A stretch of 64,000 bases of DNA, taken from the IMG/VR virus record IMGVR_UViG_3300028591_000177. One strand, 5' to 3'. The stretch is from an uncultured virus (IMG/VR IMGVR_UViG_3300028591_000177) (lineage: Duplodnaviria > Heunggongvirae > Uroviricota > Caudoviricetes). Shown here one piece after another: positions 18,136-31,059 of the stretch; positions within the stretch are counted from its first letter, which is position 1, and the number at the start of each line of letters is the position of its first letter. The notes beneath the pieces were generated by a model that was not told the DNA's origin, ran no database searches, and was given only the letters and a program-made list of their open reading frames with translations. The position numbers were made by a program, and so were the translations under genes.

Positions 18136-20640
18136 GTGAAAGATGAGAATAATGATAATAAATATGGAAAGTGTGAACAATGCAGAGAACCACTAATGGC
18201 CGCTGAATTGTATGTTGATTATGAAAGAGATAAAAGAGGTGTGTTGACCGGACGCCAACGACTTGACATAGGTTATTTACAGTGCCCATGTTGTTTCAAA
18301 AAATATTGTGTTGATGATAGTTTTGCTACGCCCTGGCATTATTAAATGAAGAGTGACGTGAGAATATAATGTGCAATTTTGATAAAACCTTTCTTACCCA
18401 GGTGATGATTATTTAAACACAGGTCTTATAAAGGAGGATGTCTAATGAGTAATTTTACTACTATGGAAGACTTTATAACTGCCAGCATACGTCTTATGGA
18501 AAAGACTGGTAAACCAGTTATTACGGCATCACAGGTCGACGAATTTATAGGTGAATCTACAGGAAATGTAGAAGTTGTTGATGATTCTGATAGCAGTCGT
18601 ATTTTTCATTGGAATAAGGAGACAGGTGATTGGAATGAACTTATGGGAAGGAAAAAGATATGAAACTTGAACTTGATGTACAGAAAGTATCAATATCCAA
18701 TACAGAACTTCTTAAATTATTGGAATATGTATTGTGTTTAGATTATGACCGCGACCATGTTAGAAACGGTATAGTTGGTCATTATTATTTTACGGACTCG
18801 GGTGAAATGCAATGGGAAGAGACACCTATCCCCGAAAGGGTTTATAAGGCATATACAATTCTTAGAAATTATTTGACTGAGGGTGATTAACTTGTATAAG
18901 AGTGGAATAGCTATAAGCTTGGCGTTATCTACAGGAAATTTAGATATACTAAAACCTCCAATAACTACACCTAAGCACCCTACATTGGAATCCATACTAA
19001 AAAATTATAAACCGATTAATTTAGATACTTGTACGGGATACAAAGTAAATCATCTATATTTACGTGATGGGTATGGGTATATTATAGATGTTGGAAAGGT
19101 AGAATAATGATGGATAATTTACAACATGACATAAGAGAATTTATTTCTGTGTATACGGAAAAGCCTATTGATGTTCTTAACGAAGTAACAAACTTCATGG
19201 AAGCTGTTATTCGTCGTAGTTCATATGTCATATTTCAATCAGAATTTGGATTTATGGATGACGATATACCGTTTACGATGGTCGTACAACGAGAAGATAA
19301 CGATGATGTTATTCCTACTTGGAATATTGAATGGTGGTGCAACGACTGGTATACGTTCAATATAATGCAAGATGATTTGCAACATATTGCAACAGAGTGG
19401 AGAGCATCTATTCGAATAAACGAGGATATTCCTGATTGGAGACATCTTACAGCCAAACAGATTATTGAGCATCCCGAATGTAGCGACAGCAAATACACAT
19501 ATACACTAAAGGCCGACGGAGCAGATGGTGGAACATTATTTACAGTTATACAATCCGCCTTAATTGAAGCATATGGGTGCCCTGACGAAGGATTTAATCC
19601 TAAAACATCTGGAGTTGTTGCTGTTATTTATAGGGAGAGCTGAATTATGAGAAATTTGAACGAAAAAGAAACTGCAATAGCTAATAATTTATTTGAAAAG
19701 GATTCACAGCGTATATTTACAAAGGACGAGTGGGAAGAACTAAAGGCATTCATACAATCAATACCCGCTGTAAAACATCCTACACTATTTCATACCGAAC
19801 AGGACATAGAAACATCCAAGATGGTAGTAAACGGTATCTTATGTAAAATGTTGGAAATAGAGTATAGAAGAAATTGATTATGATTATTGCAAAATATATA
19901 ACATATGTAACAGATGGCAAATTTACCAACAGAGCAAGTACATTCGGTGATTAGAGAACAACACGAATGGGTCGAGTTTGTTTTTAAGACACTGAGGAAA
20001 GGAATGTAGATATGTATAATACATTGAAATATAAGGTTTTAGATGAATTTGACAAGATTTACAACGAGTTGCAGAACATATATAACTCAGAAGATAGTAC
20101 AGAATTTAAAGAGCAGATGTTAAGGGATTTATTTAGGAACAGACGGGAAGATGTAGAATTATACTTTGATAATCTGTGGCACGATGTATATACAGACCCG
20201 CCAGAGGTGAATCAGCTTGTGTTACTATGTTACAGACATAAGAAGTTAAAATCTAAATTTAGGTGTGTAAAAACAGTTGTTTATACAGGGTTGGTGGACG
20301 AGAAACAGCAATGGGTGACTTCTGGCACACATATCCCAATCAACCTTGACGGTTGTGAAGAAATATGTTGGACAGATATTCCAGCGCCTCCAAGCAATAA
20401 TTTCTTTATGAGGAGGTGATAAATATGTTCAATGATATTGATGTTAATATAAAAAATCCAAATTTGGAAGAGATACGTACAAATTTACGAGATATAGCAA
20501 GTGACCTTAGATGGAATTTATCTGAACTACAGGAACAAAGTTCGGATGGCGCCAAATTGAGACAATATGCACATTATTTGGATTCATTAGCAGACTACTT
20601 TACAATATTGATTTACAATGATAATGATATTGTAAAATAA
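18136..20640 (+). CDS. Run of small hypothetical genes (18136, 18445, 18660, 18883, 19107, 19647, 20012, 20416)
   Basis: Overlapping/abutting ORFs with RBS; 20012 has a DUF551-like WHDV..DPP...WTDIPAPP pattern. Confidence 0.55.
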
Positions 20641-20647
20641 ATAAACT

Positions 20648-20681
20648 AAAAAGTACAGGAATCACTCCTGTACTTTTTTGT
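20648..20681 (+). terminator. Rho-independent terminator
   Basis: AAAAAGTACAGGA/TCCTGTACTTTTT. Confidence 0.8.
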
Positions 20682-20767
20682 TAAATTAAATTAAAATATA
20701 TGGAACTACTTGACTTTTATAATATAATGTTGTATAATATTTGTAGTAACTAAATAGGAAGGTAATT

Positions 20768-21033
20768 ATGAATAAGAATGAAAGTAAATTAGGGTTTATA
20801 ATACTGATAGCCGTACTTTTAATTTGTTTATGTTTTTGTGACAAGGGGGAAGAACCTAAACATCCGAACCACCACAGGTAAAAGATAAAAGCTCTTATTG
20901 GTATGATGACCCAGCTACACGTAGAAGAAAAGCCAACGAGACATTGGATAAATACTACACACGGGATGAAAACGGAAACCTAAAACGTAAAGAGGGTACT
21001 ATTGTTAACGGTAAACCTTGGAAAGAGAAGTAA
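20768..21033 (+). pseudogene. Frameshifted small membrane-anchored protein gene
   Basis: MNKNESKLGFIILIAVLLICLCFCDKGEEPK then shift; one added A in CCTAAA at ~20858 gives a continuous ~88-aa ORF ending TAA 21031-21033. Confidence 0.55.
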
Positions 21034-21278
21034 AGGAGTTTATATGAACGAAATTTTACTTAGAGATATATGGGATTTACTTCCGGAAGCGGAAGATGTT
21101 CAAATACTTCAAATGCCAGCAAACGAGCAAATATATAAAGGCAGGAAAAGTTTAATTCCTGTAGAGTATTTTTCCAGGGAAGTTGGTAAATTAAATACTT
21201 GGGTATACTATACGGATTCTAAAGACCGTATACCGTTTACAGGAATTACCGTTTATTTAGTTTGAGAGAGGTTAATCT

Positions 21279-21746
21279 ATGCGGTTGTGGCACAAAGATT
21301 TAATTTCTTGTTTACCTAGGTTGCAACTTATATCCCAATGGAAAGAATGTTGTTGCATTGTAAGTAACATCGCTAAAAAAGGAACTCCTGAACATTTACT
21401 GGTAAATAAAGTTTTAATGTACCCTATAACACATTTTGTATGTTATACAAAATGTGTTCAAGATGAAATGGTTAGTCGTGGATACAAACTATCTACCGCA
21501 GCTATTAATCGATATAATGATAACATACGCATATGGATGATTCAATATAATAAGGATTTTGTTGGGACACTGACCAATCCTAATATACCTATTAAGCAAA
21601 TATATGTGGATTGGCATAATGATGTCTACCTCAGAGAATGTTTGTATAATTTGGAAGAAAAGTATTTATGTGGAGGTATAACACAAGATGATTGGTTGTT
21701 AATTTATCATAAATTTAAAAATTTCACACCACTTGTTTTGTTATGA
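21279..21746 (+). CDS. Pyrimidine-dimer DNA glycosylase / endonuclease V-like protein
   Basis: MRLWHKDLISCLPRLQLISQWKECC...EMVSRGY...HNDVYLRECLYNLEEK. Confidence 0.7.
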   Translation: MRLWHKDLISCLPRLQLISQWKECCCIVSNIAKKGTPEHLLVNKVLMYPITHFVCYTKCVQDEMVSRGYKLSTAAINRYNDNIRIWMIQYNKDFVGTLTNPNIPIKQIYVDWHNDVYLRECLYNLEEKYLCGGITQDDWLLIYHKFKNFTPLVLL

Positions 21747-21761
21747 AGGAGGTTGACCTAT

Positions 21762-22058
21762 ATGAGATATGTGATTAATAGGTATTGCTTTGATAATACA
21801 TTGGCAATACGCGCTTACGACGATTGGGAACCTTATTGCGACGTAACAGTGAATTTATCAGATTATGGAAGAACACCCGAAAGTGATGATTATATATTCA
21901 TTCCAGCATATAAGTTGGATGATGCCGACATCACTATGATTATGAACGATTTAGTTAGTGAGGTTGTAGAAACGTTTTACATAGGTTATGACAATAGTTG
22001 TAAGATTCTCTATGTAAAACTAAAGGATAATTGGAAAAATTTAGTCGAAACTGATTAA
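21762..22058 (+). CDS. DUF4313-like protein
   Basis: Y...NTLAI...EPYCDVTVNL pattern. Confidence 0.5.
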   Translation: MRYVINRYCFDNTLAIRAYDDWEPYCDVTVNLSDYGRTPESDDYIFIPAYKLDDADITMIMNDLVSEVVETFYIGYDNSCKILYVKLKDNWKNLVETD

Positions 22059-22063
22059 GGAGG

Positions 22064-23605
22064 TTGTTTATGAATAAAGAGAAGAAAGCTGTTGAAAAAC
22101 TGTATTTGCCCTATGACAGTATTATGTCGGAAGGCACTCTTACAGACTGGTATATATCTTCTGTAAGTGAGGATGATACACCTGTTTGGACAGACAAACA
22201 TATCGAAGAACTTTGTAATGATTATTATGTAATACCGAAAGAAGTAAGTCCAGTTTCTACTTGTTATAAACCGACAGGAACATGGGTACCTCTTGGTAAG
22301 AAACCTACTAAAGAGTGGGTTTGCACCAATTGCAAAGGAATTGTAAAGTTACCTGTTTATGCTGACGATTGTTACTATAATTACTGCCCTAATTGTGGTG
22401 CTATTATGAGTACGTGTGAAAACGAGAATACAAATATTGAACCCGATACAAAAATGGCACTTAAATACTATCTTACTTTAGCAATGGCAAAAATTACAAA
22501 CCCAGATAGTAATAATATGATTGAATACGATGATAATGATAACCCTCATTGGGAATATGAGAAAGAAGTCAACGAACTTTTAAAAAGGATTTAAGAAAGA
22601 AGTGATATATATATATGAACTCTGCTCAGAAAACTTTTACAAAGTCCGACTTAAAGCAGAACATGATTGTACGTACTAATGGAGGACGTTATGGAATTGT
22701 AGTGCTGAAGGATGCCACAGATGAAAACTGCATAAAATATTTTTATGACCCAGATAGGTTTGACGAGCACGGAATGAATCCGGTTTGGTGTGGTGTGGAT
22801 TCCTTAAACAATTACGACGAGAATTTATACCGATTAGTTCCTAACTTAGATGACCCTAATAAGTTGGACAGGGTTTTTAGAATTGTACAGGTTTATACAT
22901 TGTCAGAGATTTGGTGTAGCGGAGAAGTTATTCCTTGGAATTCCAACATAGATATTTAACGGAGGTTTATTATGAGGTTGGAAGATGTTTTACCGAAACT
23001 TAAAAACGGTGCCACCATAACACGTAGGTCCTATTCAGATGGAGTAGCAATTAAGATAGCTTCCGACGGGGTGATACGGTTCACATCAATAACTAATCCT
23101 ATAGCAGATGATACCTCGGCATATTGTATGGATTGGAATAATGATGATATTTTGGCAGAGGATTGGGAAGTTGTAAAGGAGCTTACTATATGTGATTGCT
23201 ACCAGGAAGGTCACTGGTATATTCCAGAATGTGGTACTTGTTTAGGTACTAAGGAAAAAGAACCGTGCAGATGTGGCGGCAATAAGAACAGGTGTGATTT
23301 TTATAAAAATAAAATTTAATGACAAGGTAATCAACATAGACCTATATCTAGACCCATTACTACCGGGTGGAACTACTACAATTGAAGAAACTGAACGTGA
23401 TACTGAAAATAACAAACTAATTATCACTAAAACAAGTTCCTGTCATAACTGTCATAAACCAATCAAAACAAAGTTTAGTATCTATGTGCCAGCTGATAAA
23501 CTACCTTGTACAAATTTATTCGAACAGTTAGATACAATTGCTATATGTCATCAATGTGCTAAGTGGCAACACGAGTCAGTAATCGTAAAAATACGAGAAA
23601 GTTGA
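22064..23605 (+). CDS. Hypothetical genes (22064 Zn-ribbon CPNCGA, 22615, 22972, 23273)
   Basis: ORF track, RBS. Confidence 0.55.
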
Positions 23606-23708
23606 TTTTAGCTATGAACATTATACAAGAAAATTTTTAAATGAGTTATCAAACTTATTCGAAAAATATGATACTATGAATAACAAATAATAGAAAGGTG
23701 GTGAATGT

Positions 23709-24974
23709 ATGTACAATGTAGAAAAGCACATAGTTAAGAAAGGTTCTGAACTTTTTAAACAATGTGACGAGTTATGCTTTCTTAGCAAAAATTTGTACAA
23801 TTCTACACTATATGCTGTAAGACAATATTATTTTGAACACGAGGAATATTTAGGTTATAAGGACGTATGTAAAAGGTTTGTAAAAGAACATAATCCTGAT
23901 TACTATGCTCTGCCCACTAAAGTTTCTCAAAAGGTTATGCAATTAGCTGACAATAACTTTAAATCGTTCTTTAGTTTAGTAAAGAATAAAAGTGTTGCCA
24001 CTAAAATTCCTAAATATTTACACAAAACTAAAGGCAGGCAAGAACTTCATTATAATAACCAAGCATTTTCATTTAACTGCAAAAATGTTCCTAAGGGATA
24101 TATTAAATTAAGTGGAACAGATATTTTAATTAAAACCCGTGTAGAAAAACCCACCTATGTTAAAATAACAAGACTTAATTCTACATCTTATGTAATATTA
24201 ATTGGTCATGAAGTAAGAGAAGCAGAACCTGTTATAAATTCTAATTATGCAGCAATTGATTTAGGTATTAATAATTTAGCAACGGTTACTTTTACAAATG
24301 CTAAACCTATGATTATTAATGGAAAACCACTTAAATCAATTAATCAATACTACAATAAAACATTAGCAAATCTTCAGTCTAAGCAGGATTCTTATATAGA
24401 GTCAGTTAAGCAGGTGGACGAAAATAAAGCTAAATCTATTCATAAACGTACAAATCTGATGAATAGAATAACAACCAATAGGAATAACAAAGTTGATGAT
24501 TATATGCATAAAGCAGCTCACTTAGTTATGAATCATTTAGTTTCTAACGATATATCTAAATTAATTATTGGGTATAGTAAAGGTTGGAAACAAGACGTAA
24601 ATTTGGGTGATAGTAATAATCAAAATTTTGTACAAATCCCATTTTTAAAGTTTGTTACTTTGTTGGAAAATATGTGTATGCTTCGAGGTATAGAAGTTGT
24701 TCGTCAAGAAGAAAGTTATACCTCAAAAGCAAGTTTTGTTGACAAAGACTATATTGCTACATATGGAATAGATGATAATCTTAATAATCCTTCTGGATAT
24801 CGTCAACATAGAGGCTTATACATAACCAAAAATAAACTTAAAATTAATGCTGATGTTAATGGCTCATTAAACATCATGCGAAAATATTTAAAGGTAGCAG
24901 AGAATATTGATATTTATAATATCATAGACTTTGTAAGGGCGTGTAGTACACCCGCAGTTTTTACTGTAAAGTAA
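23709..24974 (+). mobile_element. tnpB: Solo TnpB (IS200/IS605/IS1341-type RNA-guided endonuclease), no TnpA
   Basis: SKNLYN, AAIDLGINNLAT (RuvC-I), IIGYSKGWKQ, NQNFVQIPF, QEESYTSKAS, INADVNGSLNIMRK (RuvC-III). Confidence 0.9.
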
Positions 24975-25102
24975 GAAATATATAAATTATTATTAATTTG
25001 ATATTTTTATATATTTTTTACAACTATACATAGCACTCCTTGTTATGTAGTAAATTATGTGGAGGAAAAACCTAATAACTCTAATTTTTAAATTTATGGA
25101 GG

Positions 25103-27972
25103 TTGACTTTAATGGAGTCTGGAACTTGTAAACTTGATTGCTTTATTAATAAACAACTTGACGAAAGTGTTTTAAGACTATTGAATACCTTAGTGAATTA
25201 CGCAAATAACTATATTCTTAACAATGATACAGATATGTGCATTACAGTATTGGGTGGAAATTCAATTACTGTAACCACGGAACTTACCTTTACGAAAACC
25301 CGTAATATTGCGGCTTTTGAAATGTTTATTATGCCTATAATTACAAATGAAATTGCAGACAATATTCACGATGCCTGGAAAACTGAAGTTCAAGCTTTAA
25401 TAGATAAGGAGAAAGAACTATATGATTGACTTATCAGTACCTTATGAACTTTATTTAGATATGGCAAGAAGAGTTGACGAGCATAATAGAATTCACAACA
25501 TACAAGAACGTAATGCTCCTATCATAACAGAAATTTTAGATTTTACAACGGAGCTTTATATAGGTTTAGCGAAAGAAAGTCTGTACCTTGTAGGAAATAC
25601 TGAAAATCTATCAGAAGTATCTTTTAGTGATAATTTTATCTGTAAAAATTGTGGAATACAACTTAAAGATTGGGTAAAAGTAGTTCCAGAGAAATATGAA
25701 GATGGATATGTTGATTATACCGAACAAGAATATGAATTTAAGTTTTGTCCTAATTGTGGTGCTAAAATAAAGGAGGTTACTTAAATGTTGATAGATGATA
25801 GACGAATATGGATAGATAATAGACAAATCTCAGAACGAGACATACAAGCATATATCAACGAGCAACGGCAACTTACTTATAATCGCGGTTGTGAAGCTAT
25901 GACTAAGTATTGGATAGCGTCTATTAATAAATATGAAGATGATATAGCAATCCTTAAAAAAGATTTGGCAAATGTACGTAGACAATACTCTCGTCTGAAA
26001 AACAAGGTAGATAAGGAGAAACAGACTGATGGCTAATGTAAAATATATAAACAAACAAGAAGTTCTTGATTTAATTGTTAGTAGAATAGGTAACATGACT
26101 TATTTAGCCAATCCTAAAATACCGTCGGAAATACGGGATGTCGTCCAAAGCAATTTATCGGATTTGCAATATGATGTTGAGCAACTAACTACCATCAAAG
26201 CCAGTGAAGATTGTGTTGACCGTGGAGAAGTTTTAAATGTCTGTTTTCCCTTCTGTCCAGATGATGATGGTAGTTGTTCTAAGGCGGATATTGACCCGAG
26301 AGAAATGCTGGACGAGATAGAAGGGTTACCTAATGTGCTTCCAACAATTCCAGAAGCAGAGTGGATATTTAGACGCACTATTAAGAATGGGTTAGATACA
26401 GCAATGCCTCCTATATGTACAAATTGTAAATTTACAGATGCCAATGCCAGTAGACACGCATTTTGTCCTAATTGTGGATATAAGATGAAACCTCCAAGAT
26501 TTGTTGGATACTTGAAAGGAATTGAATAATATGGTTATACTTATGATAATTATAATTGGAGTTGTTGTATCATTTGCTTTAGCAGTTTTTATATTTGATA
26601 TATCGGTACTTATAACAACTATAAAGAATAGGGACTTATTTTCAACAATTTGCCTTTCTTGCTTTGCCCTGATTGTAGGGATTATTATTATCGGCTGCAT
26701 TGTAGCTATTCCTACAGGAATTACACATTGTAAAGAATGTCATAAATTTTATTGGGACAAAAGTTATTGTGAAATATGTGGGAATAAACTACGTAATACA
26801 GTAAATTGTCATAATTGTGGCAAGGAATTTAATGGTAACGAAAATTATTGCCCTTATTGCGGATGTTCTTTACCTAACAAGGAGGTTACGGACATTAATG
26901 AGTGATGATTATGTTCTTAAAGAAGATGTGCTTAGAATACTGCGTGAGCACAATATTACAGGACCGATTTTACAAATCATAGAAGATATGCCGTCTACAT
27001 TGAATACAGACACACACAAACATACTTATTTGGTAGCTCAGTTGTGTGGAGGTATACAGGAAGACCCAGAGCAATATTATAGAAATTATTGTGTTATTAA
27101 AGCAACAGACGAAAAAAGCGCTCGTGATAAATACAATAATTTGTATAGCTGTAACTATTATTATGGACATATTGTCTGTGAAATGGATTCTTCTATACCA
27201 GAAGGACCTTATCATTGGAATAAAGGAACGAATGAATGGAAACGAACATGATGACATTTAAAGAATTTAATAAATGGTGTAATGAACGTGCCTGTGACGG
27301 TTGTTGGGGACCTCTTGTGGCAATAACCTGTACTTCCATTATATCTGATTACTATAAAACATCTTTTTGGAAACGTAAGAAGAAGTGGTTAGAATTAAAT
27401 AAAGATAACTGGATTGAAGAAGAGATTGTAAAACCTATTAATAAGAAAATAGAAGAAATCTTGAAGGAGGTTTAATTTATATGCTAGAATCTATTGTTAA
27501 ACATGAAGAACTTGTAAAGAAGTTTATTGCTAAGGTAACGAAAGAATACGAAGAAGAAGTATCTAAGACAAAGTCTGTTCTCCCTAATACCATTGAAAAT
27601 ATTGTAGAAGACAATACCTGTTTATTTTATGATTTACCTATACAGCTTACGATTTTAGCATATGTTAAGACTAATATAATCGACAACGGAGAAAAACTAT
27701 TTAATCAGTTTCGAGCCAGATATAATACAGGGGAAGCTGTTTATTATGTCAACAATGAAGATTTAGAAATTCTTATGTCAGAAGATTTTATATTGCGGTT
27801 GTATAGTAGAGTTTTTATGGCCGCAGATAATATCAATGCCTTAGGATTTCTATATGATTTAACTATCGAGAATTTTTCTAATAATTTAATAGGTATACTG
27901 GATAGGGTACGTTATGACGAATTGAAAGGTGATATGTCAAATGACACAACAGGAAATGCAGAAGTTAAATAA
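25103..27972 (+). CDS. Run of hypothetical genes, several with C-terminal CPxCG zinc ribbons (25422, 26029, 26522 membrane + double Zn ribbon)
   Basis: ORF track; CxxC...CPNCG motifs. Confidence 0.55.
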
Positions 27973-28438
27973 ATATCTTGAAAAACCTTGTAACGAAATC
28001 ATATGTCGTGGTAAAGCGGACGATGATATGTGGCACATAGGCACTATACATTACGATAAGCATAAGACATTTATAGATGTTACAGAGCCTAATGGAAACA
28101 TACTTACATATGAAGTTTATCCGGAATCTGTTTGTAGGTGTATAGAACAAGCTACAGACGGTACTTATATATTCGAAGGAGATATTCTTAAATGGTATTG
28201 CGATTGGGACGGTCTTGACGGTTTTTCCCGTAGCTGCACAGAACAAGGTTATGTTAGATACAATTACGATAAGCAAGCGTTTGAGGTTGTTATAGAATGC
28301 GAAGCCTGGTCTTGGGACGACATTGGGTTAGGTGGTTATGGTACTGATATTTGGGTAGTTGGAAATATTTATGACAACTATGATATGATTGAGGAGTTTA
28401 AAAATTTGTTTGACAACGAAGAAAATCACGATTGTTAA
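27941..28438 (+). CDS. YopX-family protein
   Basis: CRGK...IFEGDIL...VVGNIYDN. Confidence 0.75.
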   Translation: MTQQEMQKLNKYLEKPCNEIICRGKADDDMWHIGTIHYDKHKTFIDVTEPNGNILTYEVYPESVCRCIEQATDGTYIFEGDILKWYCDWDGLDGFSRSCTEQGYVRYNYDKQAFEVVIECEAWSWDDIGLGGYGTDIWVVGNIYDNYDMIEEFKNLFDNEENHDC

Positions 28439-28524
28439 ATTATAAAAATTTATTTTAGTTACTTGACTTTTATAGAAATATGTTGTATAATATATATGTA
28501 AATACATAGAGGAGTGATTCTATA

Positions 28525-28989
28525 ATGGTATTTAAGTTACTTACAGAATTTGCTAATACCCGTAAATCTGAAATAGAGCGTCTTCATAATTTGGGAGATA
28601 TAATAAAAACACATATGATGTGTATTTATTATTGGAGGGACGAAAGTTGTCTAAAACATTGGGAAAGTGAAGTTTTCGGACTTTTACCCACTATGAGAAA
28701 ACTTAAAGGACTTAATAGATTTTTATCCGAAAATCTTATCTATGAAAATTTATTTTTAGACTGGTATGAAACATTTCATAATGACATAAGAATAGATGTT
28801 AAAAAACTTATGTATAAAGAATCTAACTTACCTAAAATTAAAAATATAGATGAATATAATATCTGTGGATTTATGGAAGATTTTTATAAAGTAATATGCC
28901 ATGAACTGGCAACAAAGGGAAATGTTGACGATACGTTGGTATACAATGTTATTGATAGACTATTAAAAAAGTATCCTTATAAAATATAA
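28525..28989 (+). CDS. Hypothetical protein
   Basis: Own promoter at 28463, GGAG RBS. Confidence 0.6.
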   Translation: MVFKLLTEFANTRKSEIERLHNLGDIIKTHMMCIYYWRDESCLKHWESEVFGLLPTMRKLKGLNRFLSENLIYENLFLDWYETFHNDIRIDVKKLMYKESNLPKIKNIDEYNICGFMEDFYKVICHELATKGNVDDTLVYNVIDRLLKKYPYKI

Positions 28990-29013
28990 TGCTACATACA
29001 TAGTAGCATTTAT

Positions 29014-29098
29014 GCCTCTGTGGCGGAATGGGCAGACGCGCTTGACTCAAAATCAAGTACCGAAAGGTGTATCGGTTCGAGTCCGATTAGAGGCACCA
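29014..29098 (+). tRNA. tRNA-Leu(CAA)
   Basis: GCCTCTG/TAGAGGC acceptor, D-loop GGAATGGGCAGAC, CTTGA-CTCAAAA-TCAAG, long variable arm, GGTTCGAGTCC, encoded CCA. Confidence 0.95.
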
Positions 29099-29101
29099 TA
29101 T

Positions 29102-29241
29102 GTAGAAGTGATGGAATTGGCAGACATGGTGGGCGAGGTCGTCCGAAAGACTATCCTTGACGAATATTATTCACGACCGACCCGTAGTTATCTTGATAGT
29201 GGCAGATAACATTGTAAGTTCGAATCTTACCTTCTGCACCA
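29102..29241 (+). ncRNA. tRNA-like RNA with anticodon arm replaced by a ~60-nt structured insert
   Basis: GTAGAAG/CTTCTGC acceptor + ACCA; D-arm GGAATTGGCAGAC; T-arm GTAAG-TTCGAAT-CTTAC; no 7-nt anticodon loop. Confidence 0.75.
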
Positions 29242-29418
29242 ACGACATACGAGTAAGCAATGCAAGAATATGAGTTTGTAAAAATAAGAATATGAAGTCC
29301 CGATAAGGCGCCGAGGGACAAGGTCAAGAAGATGAATTAGAAGCGGCCGTTTATTCCGAAGTTTACAAATAATTATTTTTGTACGGTTTGTGCTTAGACC
29401 GGCTCGTATGTCGTACCA
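29242..29418 (+). ncRNA. 177-nt structured RNA with 13-bp terminal stem and ACCA 3' end
   Basis: ACGACATACGAGT/GCTCGTATGTCGT followed by ACCA; internal hairpins. Confidence 0.6.
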
Positions 29419-29442
29419 TTTATATTCGGAGGAGGACTACGT

Positions 29443-31045
29443 ATGGGTAAAAGACTGTTTGTAGGTGACAGGGTTTTTGTAAAGAAGAATTGGTTATCTG
29501 ATGATGGAGATTATGGTAAAATTATAGAGGTAGATGATAAACCTGTCGACGGTAAACCTTGCGAAACTATATTCTATAAAGTTGAATTTGAGAATGGTAA
29601 AATTGCGCTTTGTGGAAGTAGATTGGTAGTTCCTGCACATAGTATGGACGGACTTATAAGTCGTAAAGAACTTTTGGATATGCTAGATAAGGACCCTCGG
29701 GAAGCATTTACCAAACATAATATATGGACGATGATTGTCTACGGACTTCTAGAAGTTGACCCTATCCCTAAAGCAGAGTGGAGAATTAATTCTGATGGGT
29801 ACTACCCATATTGTTCTAACTGTAATACTGAGCCGGAAAGTGGTAAGATGACTGATTATTGTCCTAACTGTGGAGCCAATATGAAATATTCATCTCCCAA
29901 AGAATGTACGAGGGATGATGCAGAAGATTTTACAAATTATCCTGACGGGCCAAACTGTACTACCTGTAGACATCAATTTGTTCCAGAAGACCACAAGCAG
30001 TATTGTGAATCCTGTCAGTTTCCAGCTGAGAACTGTGAAGGGGGGTTGTGAGATGTTGAAATATCGTCCACATAGATATTTTCTTGACGAGGCTATGGAA
30101 GGTTTTAAAATATTTGAAACTAAGGAAGAAATGTTTGACTATATAGTGAAGGATAATCCTGGATATTTATCAAAAGATGATTTAAGCATATCTAAAGACT
30201 ATGGACCGGATAAAAGAATAGATTGGAAAGAGACACGAATGATTCTTACACGACAATATGGTCCTAAATCCTATAACGAACCTATTCCTATAGGGTGGTG
30301 CAGTTTCGAATGAGTAACGAAGAAAAACACTTACAAGAATATGTTGACGAATTGACAGATAGGATGTATGAAAATTTAGGTATTCCTAATGTAACTAAAG
30401 ATTGGACTGCCTTTGATTGGCAAGAATACGAATATCAAAAACTTCTTAGAATTCTTGAACCATACAAAGAACAAATTGATATACTCAATGCACAGCTTCT
30501 TGTAGCAACTACATTACTAAAACAGATATCTAATGATATGGAAATTGTAGGAGATAAACTTACAGAGGCCTGTTATAGTTCACCTAATTTTGCCTGTCCT
30601 ATGAACGAAAGTGCTTGTGATTCATCTTGCATGTTTTATATAGAAACTTTGGCAGGTTGCTACTATAAACATTTAAAAGAAATTAGGGATTTTTTAAAGA
30701 GTTTGGAGGAATAAACTTATGATTGAATATTTTAACGATGATAAAATATCTAGAACTTATTTAGTCGCAAAATTAAAAGAGATTATGAATGGAGTAGATA
30801 TTCCGGAAGTGTTACATTGCATCTCTATCGTGGAATCTGCCCCTACTCTTTATGATGGATTTGTTCCTATTGGAGGTGGACATCCAAGACATAGTTGTCG
30901 TGTGAAATTGCTTACGGTTGAATTAGATTATTTAGATGGTTACTATGATGTTTTGTCGGATAAATTTACATCTCATGAATCCAATGTAACAAAAGAAGAT
31001 GTTCTACAATCCACAACAATAACTCATTATAAGATTCTTGATTGA
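29443..31045 (+). CDS. Hypothetical genes (29443 KOW/SH3-like + Zn ribbon, ~30053, ~30310, 30719)
   Basis: ORF track, RBS. Confidence 0.55.
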
Positions 31046-31059
31046 AGGTTGTGACAATT

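Noticed and set aside
29012..29209. 65-aa ORF
   Set aside because: Overlaps tRNA-Leu and the tRNA-like RNA
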